The notes: a model not told the origin generated them from the sequence alone. DNA of 64,000 nt from Persephonella sp. (GCA_026987075.1 JALSNI010000078.1:506-64505), one strand, 5' to 3'; positions 9,294 to 19,816 are shown, numbered from the stretch's first letter. A program made the numbers and translations.

Positions 9294-9715
9294 ATGTTTT
9301 TGTAGATGTCTGTCTCTTTTTTCATATTTTCAAGAAACTGTATAGTTCCTTTTGCCTTTTTTATCCAGCTGGTCATAAATTTTTCTGATTTTGGGTATTC
9401 ATCTGTGATTTTCTGATACTGGGATATTCTGTGGTTTATAAACTGAATTATAGTGTCTAAAAACTGTTTCATCTGCTCCATCTGTTTTGCGTATATAAAA
9501 AGGTCTTTCAGCATTTCTTTTCTTTCTTTTATGGGAATTTCAACACCAAGAGTTCTTCCTATATCTCTCAGGTCATATCTGGACAGGTAAAAACCACTTT
9601 TTGATGGAACAGTCAGTATTTTTAAAATCCTCTGAAATTCTGTTTCATCTTGAGCCTGCTGGAGAAATTTCATATTGGTCATAAAAGGATTTTTCATTAA
9701 ATCTTCATTTTTCAT
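9290..9715 (-). CDS. Hypothetical protein (141 aa)
   Basis: ORF only; no recognisable motif. Confidence 0.45.
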   Translation of the reverse strand: MKNEDLMKNPFMTNMKFLQQAQDETEFQRILKILTVPSKSGFYLSRYDLRDIGRTLGVEIPIKERKEMLKDLFIYAKQMEQMKQFLDTIIQFINHRISQYQKITDEYPKSEKFMTSWIKKAKGTIQFLENMKKETDIYKNI

Positions 9716-9780
9716 CTTTGAACCTACCAGCTTTATTTGTTGCCTATTTTAACATAACCCCCCTGAGGGGGGAAAGTATT

Positions 9781-10188
9781 TTAAGCTCCTGCAGGAGCTT
9801 CTGCTTCTTGAACTTCTACCTCAACAACAGGTCCCTGCCACAATCCGTGTTTTGTGCAGTAGCTCATTGCTTGAAGTTTCAGTTTGTTTTTTGTTGGAAC
9901 AATGTAGAAATCAACTTCTGCCTGAGAGCACTGATTTCCCTGTGTTCCAGGTGTAAATGTTGCCTGTCCAAGGAGTGTTTCACCGTCCCACAGCTGAACG
10001 TAAGCAATGTAGTGGTCAAAGTCATCAGGATGGCAGTACTCTTCACCAACTTTTACTTTAACTTTGAATTTCTGTCCTTTTACTGGCGTTCCTTCCACGT
10101 GAACAAATGGAGAGTGTCTGTCAATGTAATCTCTTTTTGCTTCCTTATCCAGTGTAGAGATGTCAACATATTCGTTAATTTTTGGCAT
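9781..10188 (-). CDS. Superoxide reductase (neelaredoxin/desulfoferrodoxin iron-binding domain)
   Basis: Ligand pattern matches 1Fe-SOR: DRHSPFV, CHPDDFDHYIAYVQLW and SYCTKHGLW (His, His-x5-His, Cys-x2-His). It aligns by eye to the Pyrococcus SOR layout. Confidence 0.8.
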   Translation of the reverse strand: MPKINEYVDISTLDKEAKRDYIDRHSPFVHVEGTPVKGQKFKVKVKVGEEYCHPDDFDHYIAYVQLWDGETLLGQATFTPGTQGNQCSQAEVDFYIVPTKNKLKLQAMSYCTKHGLWQGPVVEVEVQEAEAPAGA

Positions 10189-10269
10189 TGTTAATACCTC
10201 CTGTGTTTTTATTTTTCATAAAAATAATAGGTTAATAATCTTCCTGTTTAAATGAGAATTGTCATACTG

Positions 10270-11328
10270 TCAAACCCATTGGTAAAAAACTGCTCCCATG
10301 TAGTATCCTGCACCAAATCCAACAATCATACCTTTTTTCCCTTTTTTCTCTTTGTTTTCGTGGATAAAACTGTCCAGCACAAGGAGACAGCTGGGCGAGC
10401 TCATGTTGCCGTAATTTTCAAAAAGTTCCCGTGACCTTTCAATCTGTCTATCTGTAAGTCCTAAAATCTCTTTTTCTTTGAATTTCTCAAGTATTGTAAA
10501 TCCCCCCTGATGCAGTGCCCATTCTTCAATATCTGAAACAGTAACATTATTTCTACTCAGCACAGGTTTTATAACCTTTTCAGATACGATAGGAGGAACT
10601 GCTTCTTTTATGTTGCTGTCTAAAATAAAAAGCCCATGCTCTGTTTTAATCTTTTTTCCGGGATGATAACCTAACTGAATGTCCCGAATTTCTATAAGTT
10701 TTCCTTCATACTTATCAATTAGTGATTCTGGGAGTACAATAAGCCCTACTCCGCCATCTGAAAAGAGAAGATACGATTTTACAGTCTTTTTGAAATAGGG
10801 ATTTGATGGGTCGTATATCACCTTGCCTATTTTTGAACACTGGTCAAAGGAAAATACAATGGCTGCTTTGTTATGCCTTTTGCAGTATTCCACTGCACTT
10901 TTTATTGAAAAAATAGCTGATGCGCACCCGTAATACGGTATTTCTTCAGGAAAGCTGTCAACCTTAAGACCTGTTTCCATAACAATCTGTGATGCAAGAT
11001 TGGGCAAAAAATCCTCGTGATAGGATATGTTGTAAGAAACAGATAAAAATCCAATATTTTCCTTTCCTATTTTTTCAGAAAGTTTTTCTACAACTGTTTT
11101 TCCCCAGTTAAGGGGATGGTATTCATCTTTTTTTAATTGATGAGCTGGAAGTTTTGAAAAATCAATAACTAAAGGCCTATTCTTAATCCGGATACTACTT
11201 GCAAATCTGTGAATTATTTTGTTTGTTTTCTTTCCTACTTTTTCAACAGGATATGTGTTGTCAACAATCTGGTGTGAACTGTAAATTTCAGGAATAATTT
11301 TTACAGACTCCCCTATGAAGACCCGCAT
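10270..11328 (-). CDS. Type III polyketide synthase / chalcone-synthase-like condensing enzyme
   Basis: Catalytic triad context YGCASAIFSIKSA (Cys), ALHQGG (His) and YGNMSSPS (Asn). The H-x-GG and GNMSS forms are type III PKS-like rather than FabH-like. Confidence 0.7.
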   Translation of the reverse strand: MRVFIGESVKIIPEIYSSHQIVDNTYPVEKVGKKTNKIIHRFASSIRIKNRPLVIDFSKLPAHQLKKDEYHPLNWGKTVVEKLSEKIGKENIGFLSVSYNISYHEDFLPNLASQIVMETGLKVDSFPEEIPYYGCASAIFSIKSAVEYCKRHNKAAIVFSFDQCSKIGKVIYDPSNPYFKKTVKSYLLFSDGGVGLIVLPESLIDKYEGKLIEIRDIQLGYHPGKKIKTEHGLFILDSNIKEAVPPIVSEKVIKPVLSRNNVTVSDIEEWALHQGGFTILEKFKEKEILGLTDRQIERSRELFENYGNMSSPSCLLVLDSFIHENKEKKGKKGMIVGFGAGYYMGAVFYQWV

Positions 11329-11405
11329 AAAAAGACCCTCCCAAAACTTTATCTTTTGTTAAAATAATTTTTAAACAATTATAAAGTAAAAAAGGAGTAA
11401 TAGTT

Positions 11406-12902
11406 ATGGAATTTAAGATAACAAGTGGACACCTGAAAAATTCTCGGGTAAAAGGTGTAGTGTCTTTTTTGTTTAAAGAGCAAAAAAAATTCCCTTTAGA
11501 AATTCAGGAGTTAGATGAAGTTTTAGACGGAGCTATCAGTCAGATAAAAAGGGAGCTGAGGTTTGAAGGCTCTGAAGGTAAGTTTATGGTCATCCCAACA
11601 TTTGGAAAAGGAAAAACAGATTTTGTAATCATATTCGGTGCTGGTAGTAAAAGAGATTTTAATCTTGATAAGGCAAGAAGATTAGGAGCTTTATCAGTTA
11701 GGAAAGCTAAAGAGCTGAAGATTGACAGGTTTCTGTTAGACGGCGAGGCACTTTCAGTTAAAGATTCACAGGAAGGTATTGCTCAGGCATTAACAGAGGG
11801 TGTGTTATTAGGAAATTACAGATTTGATAAGTATTTGTCAAAGAAGGACGATTTCAAAATAAAAGAAGTTCAGATAAGAGTAAGCAGAAAATACAAAAAA
11901 CTTGCTGAAGAGTCTGTAAAAACTGGACAAATCCTTGCTAATGCCCAGAATTTTACCAGAGACCTTGTTAATGAACCGGGCAATGTTATAACACCACAAA
12001 AACTTGCAGAAATTGCAGAAGAACTGGCAAAACAGTATGGTTTTGAGGTAAAGATATATGACGAAGAAGAGATTGAAAAGATGGGAATGAATGCATACCT
12101 TGCTGTTGCGAGGGGAAGTGCCAATCCACCAAGGTTTATTCATCTTACTTACAGACCAAAAAATGGAAATAAAGAGATAGCTCTCATAGGAAAAGGTCTT
12201 ACATTTGACAGTGGTGGTCTTAACATAAAGCCAGGAGATTACATGAGATGGATGAAGTCTGATAAGGCTGGTGCGTGTGCAGTGCTGGGAGTGTTCAAGG
12301 CAATAGGGGAACTAAAACCAGACATTACTGTTCACGGAATTATAGCAGCTGCAGAAAATATGCCAGACGGAAAAGCATACAGACCAGATGATATTATAAA
12401 GGCGAAAAATGGTGTAACAATAGAGATAGGAAATACCGATGCAGAAGGAAGATTGACTCTTGCTGATGCCCTGTGCTATGCTTCAGAGCTTAATCCAGAT
12501 GCTATCATTGATATGGCAACACTTACAGGAGCCTGTATTGTTGCCCTTGGAGAATACACAGCTGGTGTTATGGGCAATAATCAGAGATTGATAGATGAAA
12601 TATTGGAAATTTCACAAAAAACAGGAGAATGGATGTGGCAGCTGCCGTTTAACGACATGCTCAGAGAACACATTAAAGCTCCCCATGCAGATGTTTATAA
12701 TATAGGAACGACAAGGTATGGTGGAGCTATAACAGCAGGACTGTTCCTTGAAAAATTTGTTGATAAAAAAATTCCATGGGTTCATATAGATATAGCAGGG
12801 CCAGCTCACAACACAAGGGGATGGTATTATCATCCCAAAGGGGCAACAGGATTTCCAGTAAGAACAATAACGACCTTTTTGAAGAAAAAAGCTGAGGAAT
12901 AA
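11406..12902 (+). CDS. pepA: Leucyl aminopeptidase (M17)
   Basis: NTDAEGRLTLADAL signature and GKGLTFDSGG. The 498-aa length fits. Confidence 0.93.
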   Translation: MEFKITSGHLKNSRVKGVVSFLFKEQKKFPLEIQELDEVLDGAISQIKRELRFEGSEGKFMVIPTFGKGKTDFVIIFGAGSKRDFNLDKARRLGALSVRKAKELKIDRFLLDGEALSVKDSQEGIAQALTEGVLLGNYRFDKYLSKKDDFKIKEVQIRVSRKYKKLAEESVKTGQILANAQNFTRDLVNEPGNVITPQKLAEIAEELAKQYGFEVKIYDEEEIEKMGMNAYLAVARGSANPPRFIHLTYRPKNGNKEIALIGKGLTFDSGGLNIKPGDYMRWMKSDKAGACAVLGVFKAIGELKPDITVHGIIAAAENMPDGKAYRPDDIIKAKNGVTIEIGNTDAEGRLTLADALCYASELNPDAIIDMATLTGACIVALGEYTAGVMGNNQRLIDEILEISQKTGEWMWQLPFNDMLREHIKAPHADVYNIGTTRYGGAITAGLFLEKFVDKKIPWVHIDIAGPAHNTRGWYYHPKGATGFPVRTITTFLKKKAEE

Positions 12903-12903
12903 A

Positions 12904-12940
12904 AGGGGCAGATTGCCCCTATCTGTTTATTTCTATTTTT
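12904..12940 (+). terminator. Rho-independent terminator after pepA
   Basis: AGGGGCA-GAT-TGCCCCT hairpin (12904-12920) followed by T-rich ATCTGTTTATTTCTATTTTT. Confidence 0.55.
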
Positions 12941-13018
12941 AGAGTATTGTCAAACTGAATTTTCCCTGAACCTCTTATCTTTCCTCCACAGGAAAAAAGT
13001 ATAAAAGCCAGTAAAACG

Positions 13019-13624
13019 CTAAGTATTATCTGGAACATCGTGAACCACCACGGTTTTTCCTGCCCACTCAGACAGAATATCACAGGCCACTTCAGCTCCT
13101 GAGCCACTTGCAGAAGCATACATAGTTGGAGCTCCAGCAATCAGTCCTGCAACAAAAAGACCATCTCTAACCTTCCCATCACTATTTTTTATCATTATTT
13201 TTCCTGGTCTTGGGGATTTTCTGTGGGGAATTACTTCCACATTAAGACCTTCTATGTCAAAATTATGGAATCCTGTTGCAATAACAAGATATTCTGAGCT
13301 GTAAATTTTTCCTTTTGCTGTTTCTACAGTAAAGTTTCCTTTCTCACCTTGAGCTTTTACCACTTTATCTTCTTTAAGGGTTAGATTTTCAAACTGGGAG
13401 GCCTGCTTTCTTATCTTCTCTAAAAGTTTTTTACCTTCTGTTCCAGTCTCAATACCGGGAACATTCTTTAGCAGTGCTTTGTCAAGGTCTGAATACTGGT
13501 CGTATATTATCAGGAATTTTTTACCTTCCATAAAATCAAACTTTCCTTTTGCAGAGGCAAGGGTAATTCCACACGTCAGTCCAGCAGGTCCACCACCTAT
13601 AATGATAACGCTGTAATTTTCCAT
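13019..13624 (-). CDS. Small FAD-dependent oxidoreductase (pyridine nucleotide-disulfide oxidoreductase-like)
   Basis: N-terminal dinucleotide fold VIIIGGGPAGLT and C-terminal GLFVAGLIAG. At 201 aa it is shorter than canonical thioredoxin reductases. Confidence 0.65.
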   Translation of the reverse strand: MENYSVIIIGGGPAGLTCGITLASAKGKFDFMEGKKFLIIYDQYSDLDKALLKNVPGIETGTEGKKLLEKIRKQASQFENLTLKEDKVVKAQGEKGNFTVETAKGKIYSSEYLVIATGFHNFDIEGLNVEVIPHRKSPRPGKIMIKNSDGKVRDGLFVAGLIAGAPTMYASASGSGAEVACDILSEWAGKTVVVHDVPDNT

Positions 13625-13727
13625 CTTCTACCTCCTTTTTCTTTTTATTATATGAGAATTATTCAATGTTGAAGATGATATATGTAATACTTAAGTTTAA
13701 TTAAGTAGAAAATTATGGAGGGAGATA

Positions 13728-15476
13728 ATGGAATATAGAAAGTTAGCAGAATTTTATCAATTTTTAGAAAAAACAACAAGCAGGATTGAGATGACCAATG
13801 CACTGGTCAAACTTTTTCAGGAAACACCTAAAAATCTGATAGACAAAGTTGTGTATCTGTCAATAGGAAGGATAGCCCCTGAATATACAGGTCTTGATTA
13901 TAACTTTAGTGAAAAGTCAGCAATAAAGGCACTGTCTGCTGTTTTAGGTATATCAGAACACGATATACAGAAAAAAGTGATAGAAACAGGAGATTTAGGA
14001 GATGCAGGGGAAAAACTTTTTGAAGAGGCAGAAATAAAAACAGAAAAAAGTCTGACAGTAGAGGAGGTTTATGAAACCCTAAGAAAGATAGCTGAAACCA
14101 CCGGTTACGGTTCAACGAAGAAAAAAATGGAGCTGTTTATATCTCTTTTGAAAAAAGCATCTCCGATAGAGGTTAAGTATCTGCTGAGGACAATAACAGA
14201 GAGACTGAGACTGGGTATCGGAGACAACACGATAATGGATGCTCTTTCTATTGCATTTACAGGTAAAAAAGAGAACAGAGCTGTTATTGAGAGAGCTTAC
14301 AACATTTCATCAGATTTGGGATATGTGGCATCAGTTTTAGCTGAAGAAGGTCTAAAGGGTGTTGAGAAAATAAAAATACAGATAGGAAGACCAATAAGAC
14401 CAATGCTTGCAGAAAGAATGGCTATACCATCTTTTATCCTGAAAAAGTTAGGTGGTAAAGCAGGGGCAGAATACAAGTATGACGGTGAGAGAATACAGGT
14501 TCACAGAAAAAAAGATGAGTTTCATCTATTTTCGAGAAGGTTAGAAAATATCACAAATCAGTTTCCAGACCTCATTGAGTTTTTGAAAGAGTCAATACCA
14601 GAGGAATGTATTTTAGAACTGGAAGCTGTTGTTATAGACCCTTCCTCTGGAGCGATAAGGCCTTTTCAGGATTTGATGAACAGAAGGGTAAAGTATGTAA
14701 CCCGGTTTCACATAATGATGTATCCGGTAGCAGGTTTTATCTTTGACATAATGTATCTAAATGGAGAAGACCTTACACTTAAGCCCTATCCTGAAAGAAG
14801 AAAGATATTGGAGGAGCAGATAAAAATCACAGATAGAGTAAATCTTGCCACAAGAAAAGTTGTAGACAATGTTGAAGATTTAGAGAGTTTTTTTCTTGAA
14901 GCTATAGAAAACGGCTGTGAAGGGCTGGTATGCAAGTCTCTCCAGAGAGACTCCATATATCAGGCAGGAAAGAGAGGTTTTCTGTGGATAAAATATAAAA
15001 GAGATTACAAATCACATTTAGCTGATACCCTTGATTTAGTAGTTGTTGGGGCATTTTACGGTAAAGGTCAGAGGACTGGATATTTTGGTTCTCTCCTTAT
15101 GGCATGCTACGACCCAGAAACAGACCAGTTTAAAACTGTGTGCAAAGTGGGAACAGGATTTACAGAAGATGACTTTAAAAAGTTAGATGAAATTCTGTCT
15201 AAACATCAGATAAACCACAAACATCCAAGGGTAAACTCCATATTAACAGCAGACATATGGTATGAACCGTTTTTAGTTTTGGAGATAACAGGGGCTGAGC
15301 TTACACTTTCTCCAGTTCACACCTGTGGCTGGGACAAAATAAAACTCAACCGTGGACTTGGTCTGAGATTTCCTCGTTTTACAGGTAGATACAGATTTGA
15401 TAAAAGACCTGAAGATGCAACAACTGAAAAGGAGATAATCCAGATGTATAAAAATCAGCTTCAGATAAGGGTTTAG
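13728..15476 (+). CDS. lig: ATP-dependent DNA ligase, archaeal/eukaryotic Lig1-like
   Basis: Adenylation motif I EYKYDGERIQVH, followed by EGLVCK and WIKYKRDY motifs. The 582-aa three-domain size is typical of archaeal ligases. Confidence 0.9.
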   Translation: MEYRKLAEFYQFLEKTTSRIEMTNALVKLFQETPKNLIDKVVYLSIGRIAPEYTGLDYNFSEKSAIKALSAVLGISEHDIQKKVIETGDLGDAGEKLFEEAEIKTEKSLTVEEVYETLRKIAETTGYGSTKKKMELFISLLKKASPIEVKYLLRTITERLRLGIGDNTIMDALSIAFTGKKENRAVIERAYNISSDLGYVASVLAEEGLKGVEKIKIQIGRPIRPMLAERMAIPSFILKKLGGKAGAEYKYDGERIQVHRKKDEFHLFSRRLENITNQFPDLIEFLKESIPEECILELEAVVIDPSSGAIRPFQDLMNRRVKYVTRFHIMMYPVAGFIFDIMYLNGEDLTLKPYPERRKILEEQIKITDRVNLATRKVVDNVEDLESFFLEAIENGCEGLVCKSLQRDSIYQAGKRGFLWIKYKRDYKSHLADTLDLVVVGAFYGKGQRTGYFGSLLMACYDPETDQFKTVCKVGTGFTEDDFKKLDEILSKHQINHKHPRVNSILTADIWYEPFLVLEITGAELTLSPVHTCGWDKIKLNRGLGLRFPRFTGRYRFDKRPEDATTEKEIIQMYKNQLQIRV

Positions 15477-15667
15477 TCACTGCTGGTTGTCAAAAATACT
15501 ATACCTAAAATTATAATACCAAGTATGATGTAAGAGATTACACTCCATAAAACAGTTGTTTCTAAGATGCTTTTTATGTCAAATTTTCCACTGTCTTTAG
15601 CCAGTTTATACTGAAGTATAAATATTACAGCGAATATCAAAATCATTATGAGGAGTATGTAAACCAT
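15473..15667 (-). CDS. Small membrane protein (2 predicted TM helices)
   Basis: 64-aa ORF with two hydrophobic stretches, downstream of tatD on the same strand. Confidence 0.35.
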   Translation of the reverse strand: MVYILLIMILIFAVIFILQYKLAKDSGKFDIKSILETTVLWSVISYIILGIIILGIVFLTTSSD

Positions 15668-15717
15668 ATGAGCCTCTTTTGCAGTATAGTTATAAATTAA
15701 AGTTAACTACGGATAGG

Positions 15718-16485
15718 TTACTGTGCAATGTAAGAAAACTGTTTGAATAAATTCACAGCATTCCTGTCTGTAATTGATTCAAATTCCTCAGCGGAAATTC
15801 CCAGAAATTCAGCAACAAATTCTAAAGTGTAAAATATGTATGAAGGTTTGTTAGGTTTTCCCCTTTTTTTCTGAGGAGTTAAAAAGGGACTGTCTGTTTC
15901 AAGAAGAAGCCTGTCAAGGGGGGTAGCTTTCAGAACCTCTCTCAGATTATCAGCCTTCGGGTATGTTATGTTTCCTGCAAAGGATATGTAAAATCCAAGC
16001 TCTACACATCTTTCCATCATAGGTATGTCACCGCCAAAACAGTGGAGAATACCAGAAGAGGGAAAAGGACTGAAATTCTCTAATATTTTTACTGTATCTT
16101 CATTGGCGCTCCTTGAATGTATGATAACAGGAAGATTTAACTCTTTTGCAAGATTTAACTGTTTTTCAAAAAATTCCCACTGAAGTTTTTTAGGAGTTAT
16201 GTCCCTGTAGTAATCAAGACCTGTTTCCCCAATAGCTATAACTTTTCTGTTTTCTTCAGATAGTTTTTTAAGCAGTAATATATCTTCTTCTGTCAGACCT
16301 TTTATGTCATATGGGTGATATCCTACTGAAGCGTAAACATTATCGTATCTATTTGCTAACTCAACTGCTTTATAAATTTCTTCCCTGTCACAGCCTATTG
16401 TTATAATACCATCAAGCTTCTCAACACTCTCTAACAGGTCTTCTTCTGTTTTCAGCATGTCAAGGTGGGCATGGGTATCTATCAT
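15718..16485 (-). CDS. tatD: TatD-family metal-dependent hydrolase/DNase
   Basis: N-terminal MIDTHAHLD and the downstream conserved His/Asp pattern (IHSR, LHCF, ETDSPF). Confidence 0.9.
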   Translation of the reverse strand: MIDTHAHLDMLKTEEDLLESVEKLDGIITIGCDREEIYKAVELANRYDNVYASVGYHPYDIKGLTEEDILLLKKLSEENRKVIAIGETGLDYYRDITPKKLQWEFFEKQLNLAKELNLPVIIHSRSANEDTVKILENFSPFPSSGILHCFGGDIPMMERCVELGFYISFAGNITYPKADNLREVLKATPLDRLLLETDSPFLTPQKKRGKPNKPSYIFYTLEFVAEFLGISAEEFESITDRNAVNLFKQFSYIAQ

Positions 16486-18374
16486 TCTATAGCTCCTGCG
16501 GGTGCTTCTGGTGCAGAAGAGTCAGATATAACTTCAACTATAGACTTTCTACATCTGTTTACTATAGGAACGCCGTATTCTTCAAGAATAGCTACCATCT
16601 CATCACAGGTTATAGTTTCCTTGTCTAAAAGAAGCTCAACAACAGCGGTTATTGCATCTTTGTAACTTTCAATAATTTCCTTTGTTTTTGCATAGGCTTC
16701 CCTCAGGAGTTTGTTTACCTCTTCATCTATCTTTCTGGCAGTTTCTTCACTTATTTCTGGTCCCTGCTGTGGCATAAATGGGTTGTTTCTTGCTGTTGAT
16801 ACATGTATAGGACCAAGCTCTTCTGTCATACCCCACGAAGCAACAATTCTGTATGCAAGTTCAGTTGCTCTCATAAGGTCATTCTCTGCACCTGTTGTGA
16901 TTCCATCTTTGCCGTAGAATACTTCTTCTGCAGCTCTACCTCCAAAAAGCTGATGAATTCTTGCCATAAGATCTTTTTTGGAGTATATATGTCTGTCTTC
17001 TTCCGGCAGATTAACGGTCACACCTAAAGCCATACCCCTTGGTATTATTGAAACCTTGTGGAGAGGGTCTGCTTCTTTAAACATCAGGCTTACGATAGCG
17101 TGTCCCACTTCATGATATGCAATTTTCTCTTTTTCGTCAGGTGTTATTGCCATACCTTTTCTTTCCAAGCCCATCATAATCCTGTCCATAGCTTCTTCAA
17201 ACTCTTTCATTCCCACCTTATCTTTCCTTTTTCTGGCAGCTAAAAGAGCAGCTTCGTTCACTATATTCGCAAGGTCTGCTCCAGAAAATCCCGGTGTTCC
17301 CCTTGCTATAACCATAAGGTCAACGTCGTTATCTAAAGGTATTTTTTTCTTTTTGACGTGAACTTTTAGTATTTCATATCTTCCTTTAACGTCAGGTTTT
17401 GGAACAGAAATCTGTCTGTCAAATCTTCCTGGTCTGAGGAGTGCTGGGTCTAATATGTCAGGTCTGTTTGTTGCTGCAATAACAATAATACCCTCTCCAG
17501 ATTCAAAGCCGTCAAGCTCAACAAGGAGCTGGTTAAGTGTCTGTTCCCTTTCGTCATGTCCGCCGCCAAAACCAACTCCGCTTCTTGCCCTACCTACAGC
17601 ATCAATCTCATCTATGAATACAAGACATGGTGCGTGTTTTTTCGCAGTTTCAAAAAGGTCTCTAACCCTTGCAGCTCCAACTCCAACGAACATCTCAACA
17701 AAATCTGAACCGGATATGGATATAAATGGGACATTTGCCTCCCCTGCTATTGCTTTTGCAAGAAGTGTTTTACCAACTCCCGGATCTCCGTAGAAAAGAA
17801 CACCTTTAGGGGCTCTACCACCGAGTTTTTGAAATCTCTGGGGGTCTTTTAGATAATCTATGATTTCTTTGACTTCCTCTTTGACTTCGTCCATTCCAGC
17901 AACATCATCTAATTTAACGTTAGGTTTCTCTTCTAAATAAACCTTTGCCTTTGATTTTGCAAAGGAAAAAGCCCTGTTTGAACCTCCAGACATCTGCCTC
18001 ATCATAAATATCCACAGACCTATAAACAGCAGTATAGGGAGCCACGATATCAAAAGTGTTGTCAGCCAGCTTGCTTTTTCTGCTGGAATAACATGTATCT
18101 TAACGCCGTTTTCCTGGAGAATGTCGTATATTTTGCTGTAACCTTCAGGAATTACAGTCTGAACTTTTTTTCCATCTTTTGTTATGGCAGTTATCTCTTC
18201 CCCTTTTATTGTTGCTTTTTCTACCTTGCCATCATTAACCATTTCAACAAATTCTGTATAGGATATCTGGTTATCAACCATCTGTCTGGAGCCTATCAGA
18301 TTAAAGGCAAATATCATCAATGCTCCTATTAAAAACCATATAAGAATACTTCTTGATAGTTGCACTTTTTTCAA
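16482..18374 (-). CDS. ftsH: ATP-dependent zinc metalloprotease FtsH
   Basis: Walker A GDPGVGKT, Walker B/SRH region and zinc motif HEVGHAI. TTG start; overlaps the tilS stop. Confidence 0.97.
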   Translation of the reverse strand: MKKVQLSRSILIWFLIGALMIFAFNLIGSRQMVDNQISYTEFVEMVNDGKVEKATIKGEEITAITKDGKKVQTVIPEGYSKIYDILQENGVKIHVIPAEKASWLTTLLISWLPILLFIGLWIFMMRQMSGGSNRAFSFAKSKAKVYLEEKPNVKLDDVAGMDEVKEEVKEIIDYLKDPQRFQKLGGRAPKGVLFYGDPGVGKTLLAKAIAGEANVPFISISGSDFVEMFVGVGAARVRDLFETAKKHAPCLVFIDEIDAVGRARSGVGFGGGHDEREQTLNQLLVELDGFESGEGIIVIAATNRPDILDPALLRPGRFDRQISVPKPDVKGRYEILKVHVKKKKIPLDNDVDLMVIARGTPGFSGADLANIVNEAALLAARKRKDKVGMKEFEEAMDRIMMGLERKGMAITPDEKEKIAYHEVGHAIVSLMFKEADPLHKVSIIPRGMALGVTVNLPEEDRHIYSKKDLMARIHQLFGGRAAEEVFYGKDGITTGAENDLMRATELAYRIVASWGMTEELGPIHVSTARNNPFMPQQGPEISEETARKIDEEVNKLLREAYAKTKEIIESYKDAITAVVELLLDKETITCDEMVAILEEYGVPIVNRCRKSIVEVISDSSAPEAPAGAIE

Positions 18375-19723
18375 ACCTCCTTTATTTCAAAGCAAATCAT
18401 TTTTTTCGTTTTATCAGATATAGGATAATATCCTGACCTTTTGTATCCTATCAACCATAATATTTTATTCCTAAATTCAAGAATTGGTATGGTGTCTCTC
18501 ATATATTGGGGAATTTTTAATTCAATCATTATATCCTTGAGTTTTTTTTCTGAATGTTTCCCAAATGGCAGGAACCTATCTCCTGGTTTTCTGCTCCTGA
18601 TGATAAATTCAGGATTTTCTTCTCTTATATCAAAGCAAACAAATTTTTTTTCATCTTTTTTCAATATCTCCATATTACTAAATTCACGTGTATAACTTTT
18701 TATTATAACACCTGCTTCCTTTATGTATATTTCCTCTCCTGGTTTAATCTTGTATTCAAATTTTTTTGTTTTCCTTTTTGGAAGGATAATGAGCTCTGTG
18801 TAGCTTTTTATGAGCTCATAATTTTTGTTTAAACTTATTCTCTTTTCTCCAGCTTTTTCTAACACTTTTAATATTTCTAATAGCTTCTTGTAAGAAGGAT
18901 AAGTTCCTGTTTCTCTATAAATCCAGTCTGCTATCGCCCGGTATAATATTGATTTAGGCAATTTTTTTATCTTATCTAATTTTATTTTTTTGTTGAGAAA
19001 TTTTTGTGAAACTTCTTCTGATTTTTTAGACAGAAATGCATCATCTAACTGGATAAATAAAGCCTCAATTAACATTGATTTTTCTAAAGATGGATTTATT
19101 TCTTTCAATTTGGGGATTATGTAATGTCTTATTTTATTTCTCAAAAAGGCTGTTTCAAAATTACTTTTGTCAACAACATATCTGATTTTTTCCTGCGATG
19201 CATAGTTTTGTATTTCTTCTTTTGTTAAATAATATAGGGGACGGACAATGTTGTTTTCTTTTACTCTAAACCCTTTTATTCCTTTTACATTTCCCTGAAT
19301 AAACCATAGTATCATGGTTTCTATAAGGTCTGAAAGATGATGTCCTGTCGCAATTTTGGTGAAATCTTTTTTTTCTGCAATTTCTTTTAAAAATTTATAT
19401 CTGAGAACTCTTGATGCTTCTTCTATGGACATTGAATTTGCTTCAGCAAATTTTTTTACATTTATTTTTTGTGTATATATTTCAATATTTTTCTCTTTTG
19501 CAAAGTTTTCACAAAACTCCTGGTCTCTATCCGCTTCTTCTCTAAGGGAGTGATTCATGTGGGCAAGGGAAATTCTATCTATTCCAAGGTAATCTTTAAA
19601 CTTTATTAAAAGTGTGGCTAAAACAGTGGAATCAACGCCTCCAGAAAAGGCTATAAGAACAGAATCGCCTTTCTGGAACAAGTTAAAATCTTTGATTGCT
19701 TTTAAAAATTTTTTTTCTACCAC
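18371..19723 (-). CDS. tilS: tRNA(Ile)-lysidine synthetase
   Basis: PP-loop AFSGGVDS near the N-terminus. The 450-aa length and conserved tilS-ftsH synteny fit. GTG start. Confidence 0.9.
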   Translation of the reverse strand: MVEKKFLKAIKDFNLFQKGDSVLIAFSGGVDSTVLATLLIKFKDYLGIDRISLAHMNHSLREEADRDQEFCENFAKEKNIEIYTQKINVKKFAEANSMSIEEASRVLRYKFLKEIAEKKDFTKIATGHHLSDLIETMILWFIQGNVKGIKGFRVKENNIVRPLYYLTKEEIQNYASQEKIRYVVDKSNFETAFLRNKIRHYIIPKLKEINPSLEKSMLIEALFIQLDDAFLSKKSEEVSQKFLNKKIKLDKIKKLPKSILYRAIADWIYRETGTYPSYKKLLEILKVLEKAGEKRISLNKNYELIKSYTELIILPKRKTKKFEYKIKPGEEIYIKEAGVIIKSYTREFSNMEILKKDEKKFVCFDIREENPEFIIRSRKPGDRFLPFGKHSEKKLKDIMIELKIPQYMRDTIPILEFRNKILWLIGYKRSGYYPISDKTKKMICFEIKEV

Positions 19724-19732
19724 ATTTTTAGC

Positions 19733-19809
19733 TGGTGGCGGTGGCAGGACTCGAACCTGCGACTCCGCGGATATGAGCCGCGTGCTCTAACCAGCTGAGC
19801 TACACCGCC
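19733..19809 (-). tRNA. tRNA with CAT anticodon (elongator Met or Ile2/lysidine type)
   Basis: The reverse complement folds as a cloverleaf: acceptor GGCGGTG/CACCGCC, D-arm GCTCAGCTGGTTAGAGC, anticodon stem CGCGG/CCGCG with loop CTCATAT, T-arm GCAGGTTCGAGTCCTGC and an encoded CCA. G1-C72 pairs and there is no GGG/CCC anticodon stem, so it is not an initiator. Ends are +/-1 nt because my hand count disagreed by one base in this stretch. Confidence 0.85.
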
Positions 19810-19816
19810 ACTTATG

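Noticed and set aside
9758-9772. CCCCCC-TGA-GGGGGG hairpin downstream of the superoxide reductase gene
   Set aside because: It is probably a simple terminator-like hairpin for the minus-strand gene, with only a weak U-tract. I found no repeated family of such elements in the window, so it is not reported as a REP-like repeat.
12919-13140. 73-aa minus-strand ORF. Its internal Met at 13038 would give a 39-aa lipoprotein-like peptide (MFQIILSVLLAFILFSCGG...).
   Set aside because: It overlaps the 3' end of the flavoprotein gene, has no convincing SD, and runs into the pepA terminator. It is too weak to call.
9781-16520. Identical hexapeptide EAPAGA near the C-termini of both the superoxide reductase (..QEAEAPAGA) and FtsH (..[11 protein letters not shown])
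   Set aside because: This is a six-residue low-complexity match encoded by partly different codons. There is no third copy in the window, so it is most likely coincidence.
19675-19805. Apparent one-base frame discrepancy when hand-translating the tilS N-terminus near 19680, and a compensating extra base in the tRNA D-arm region near 19800
   Set aside because: The provided ORF track shows an intact 450-aa tilS ending at 19723. A 77-nt canonical tRNA results if the count is shifted by one. I treat this as my own reading or counting error, not a frameshift or aberrant tRNA, so coordinates in this stretch are +/-1.
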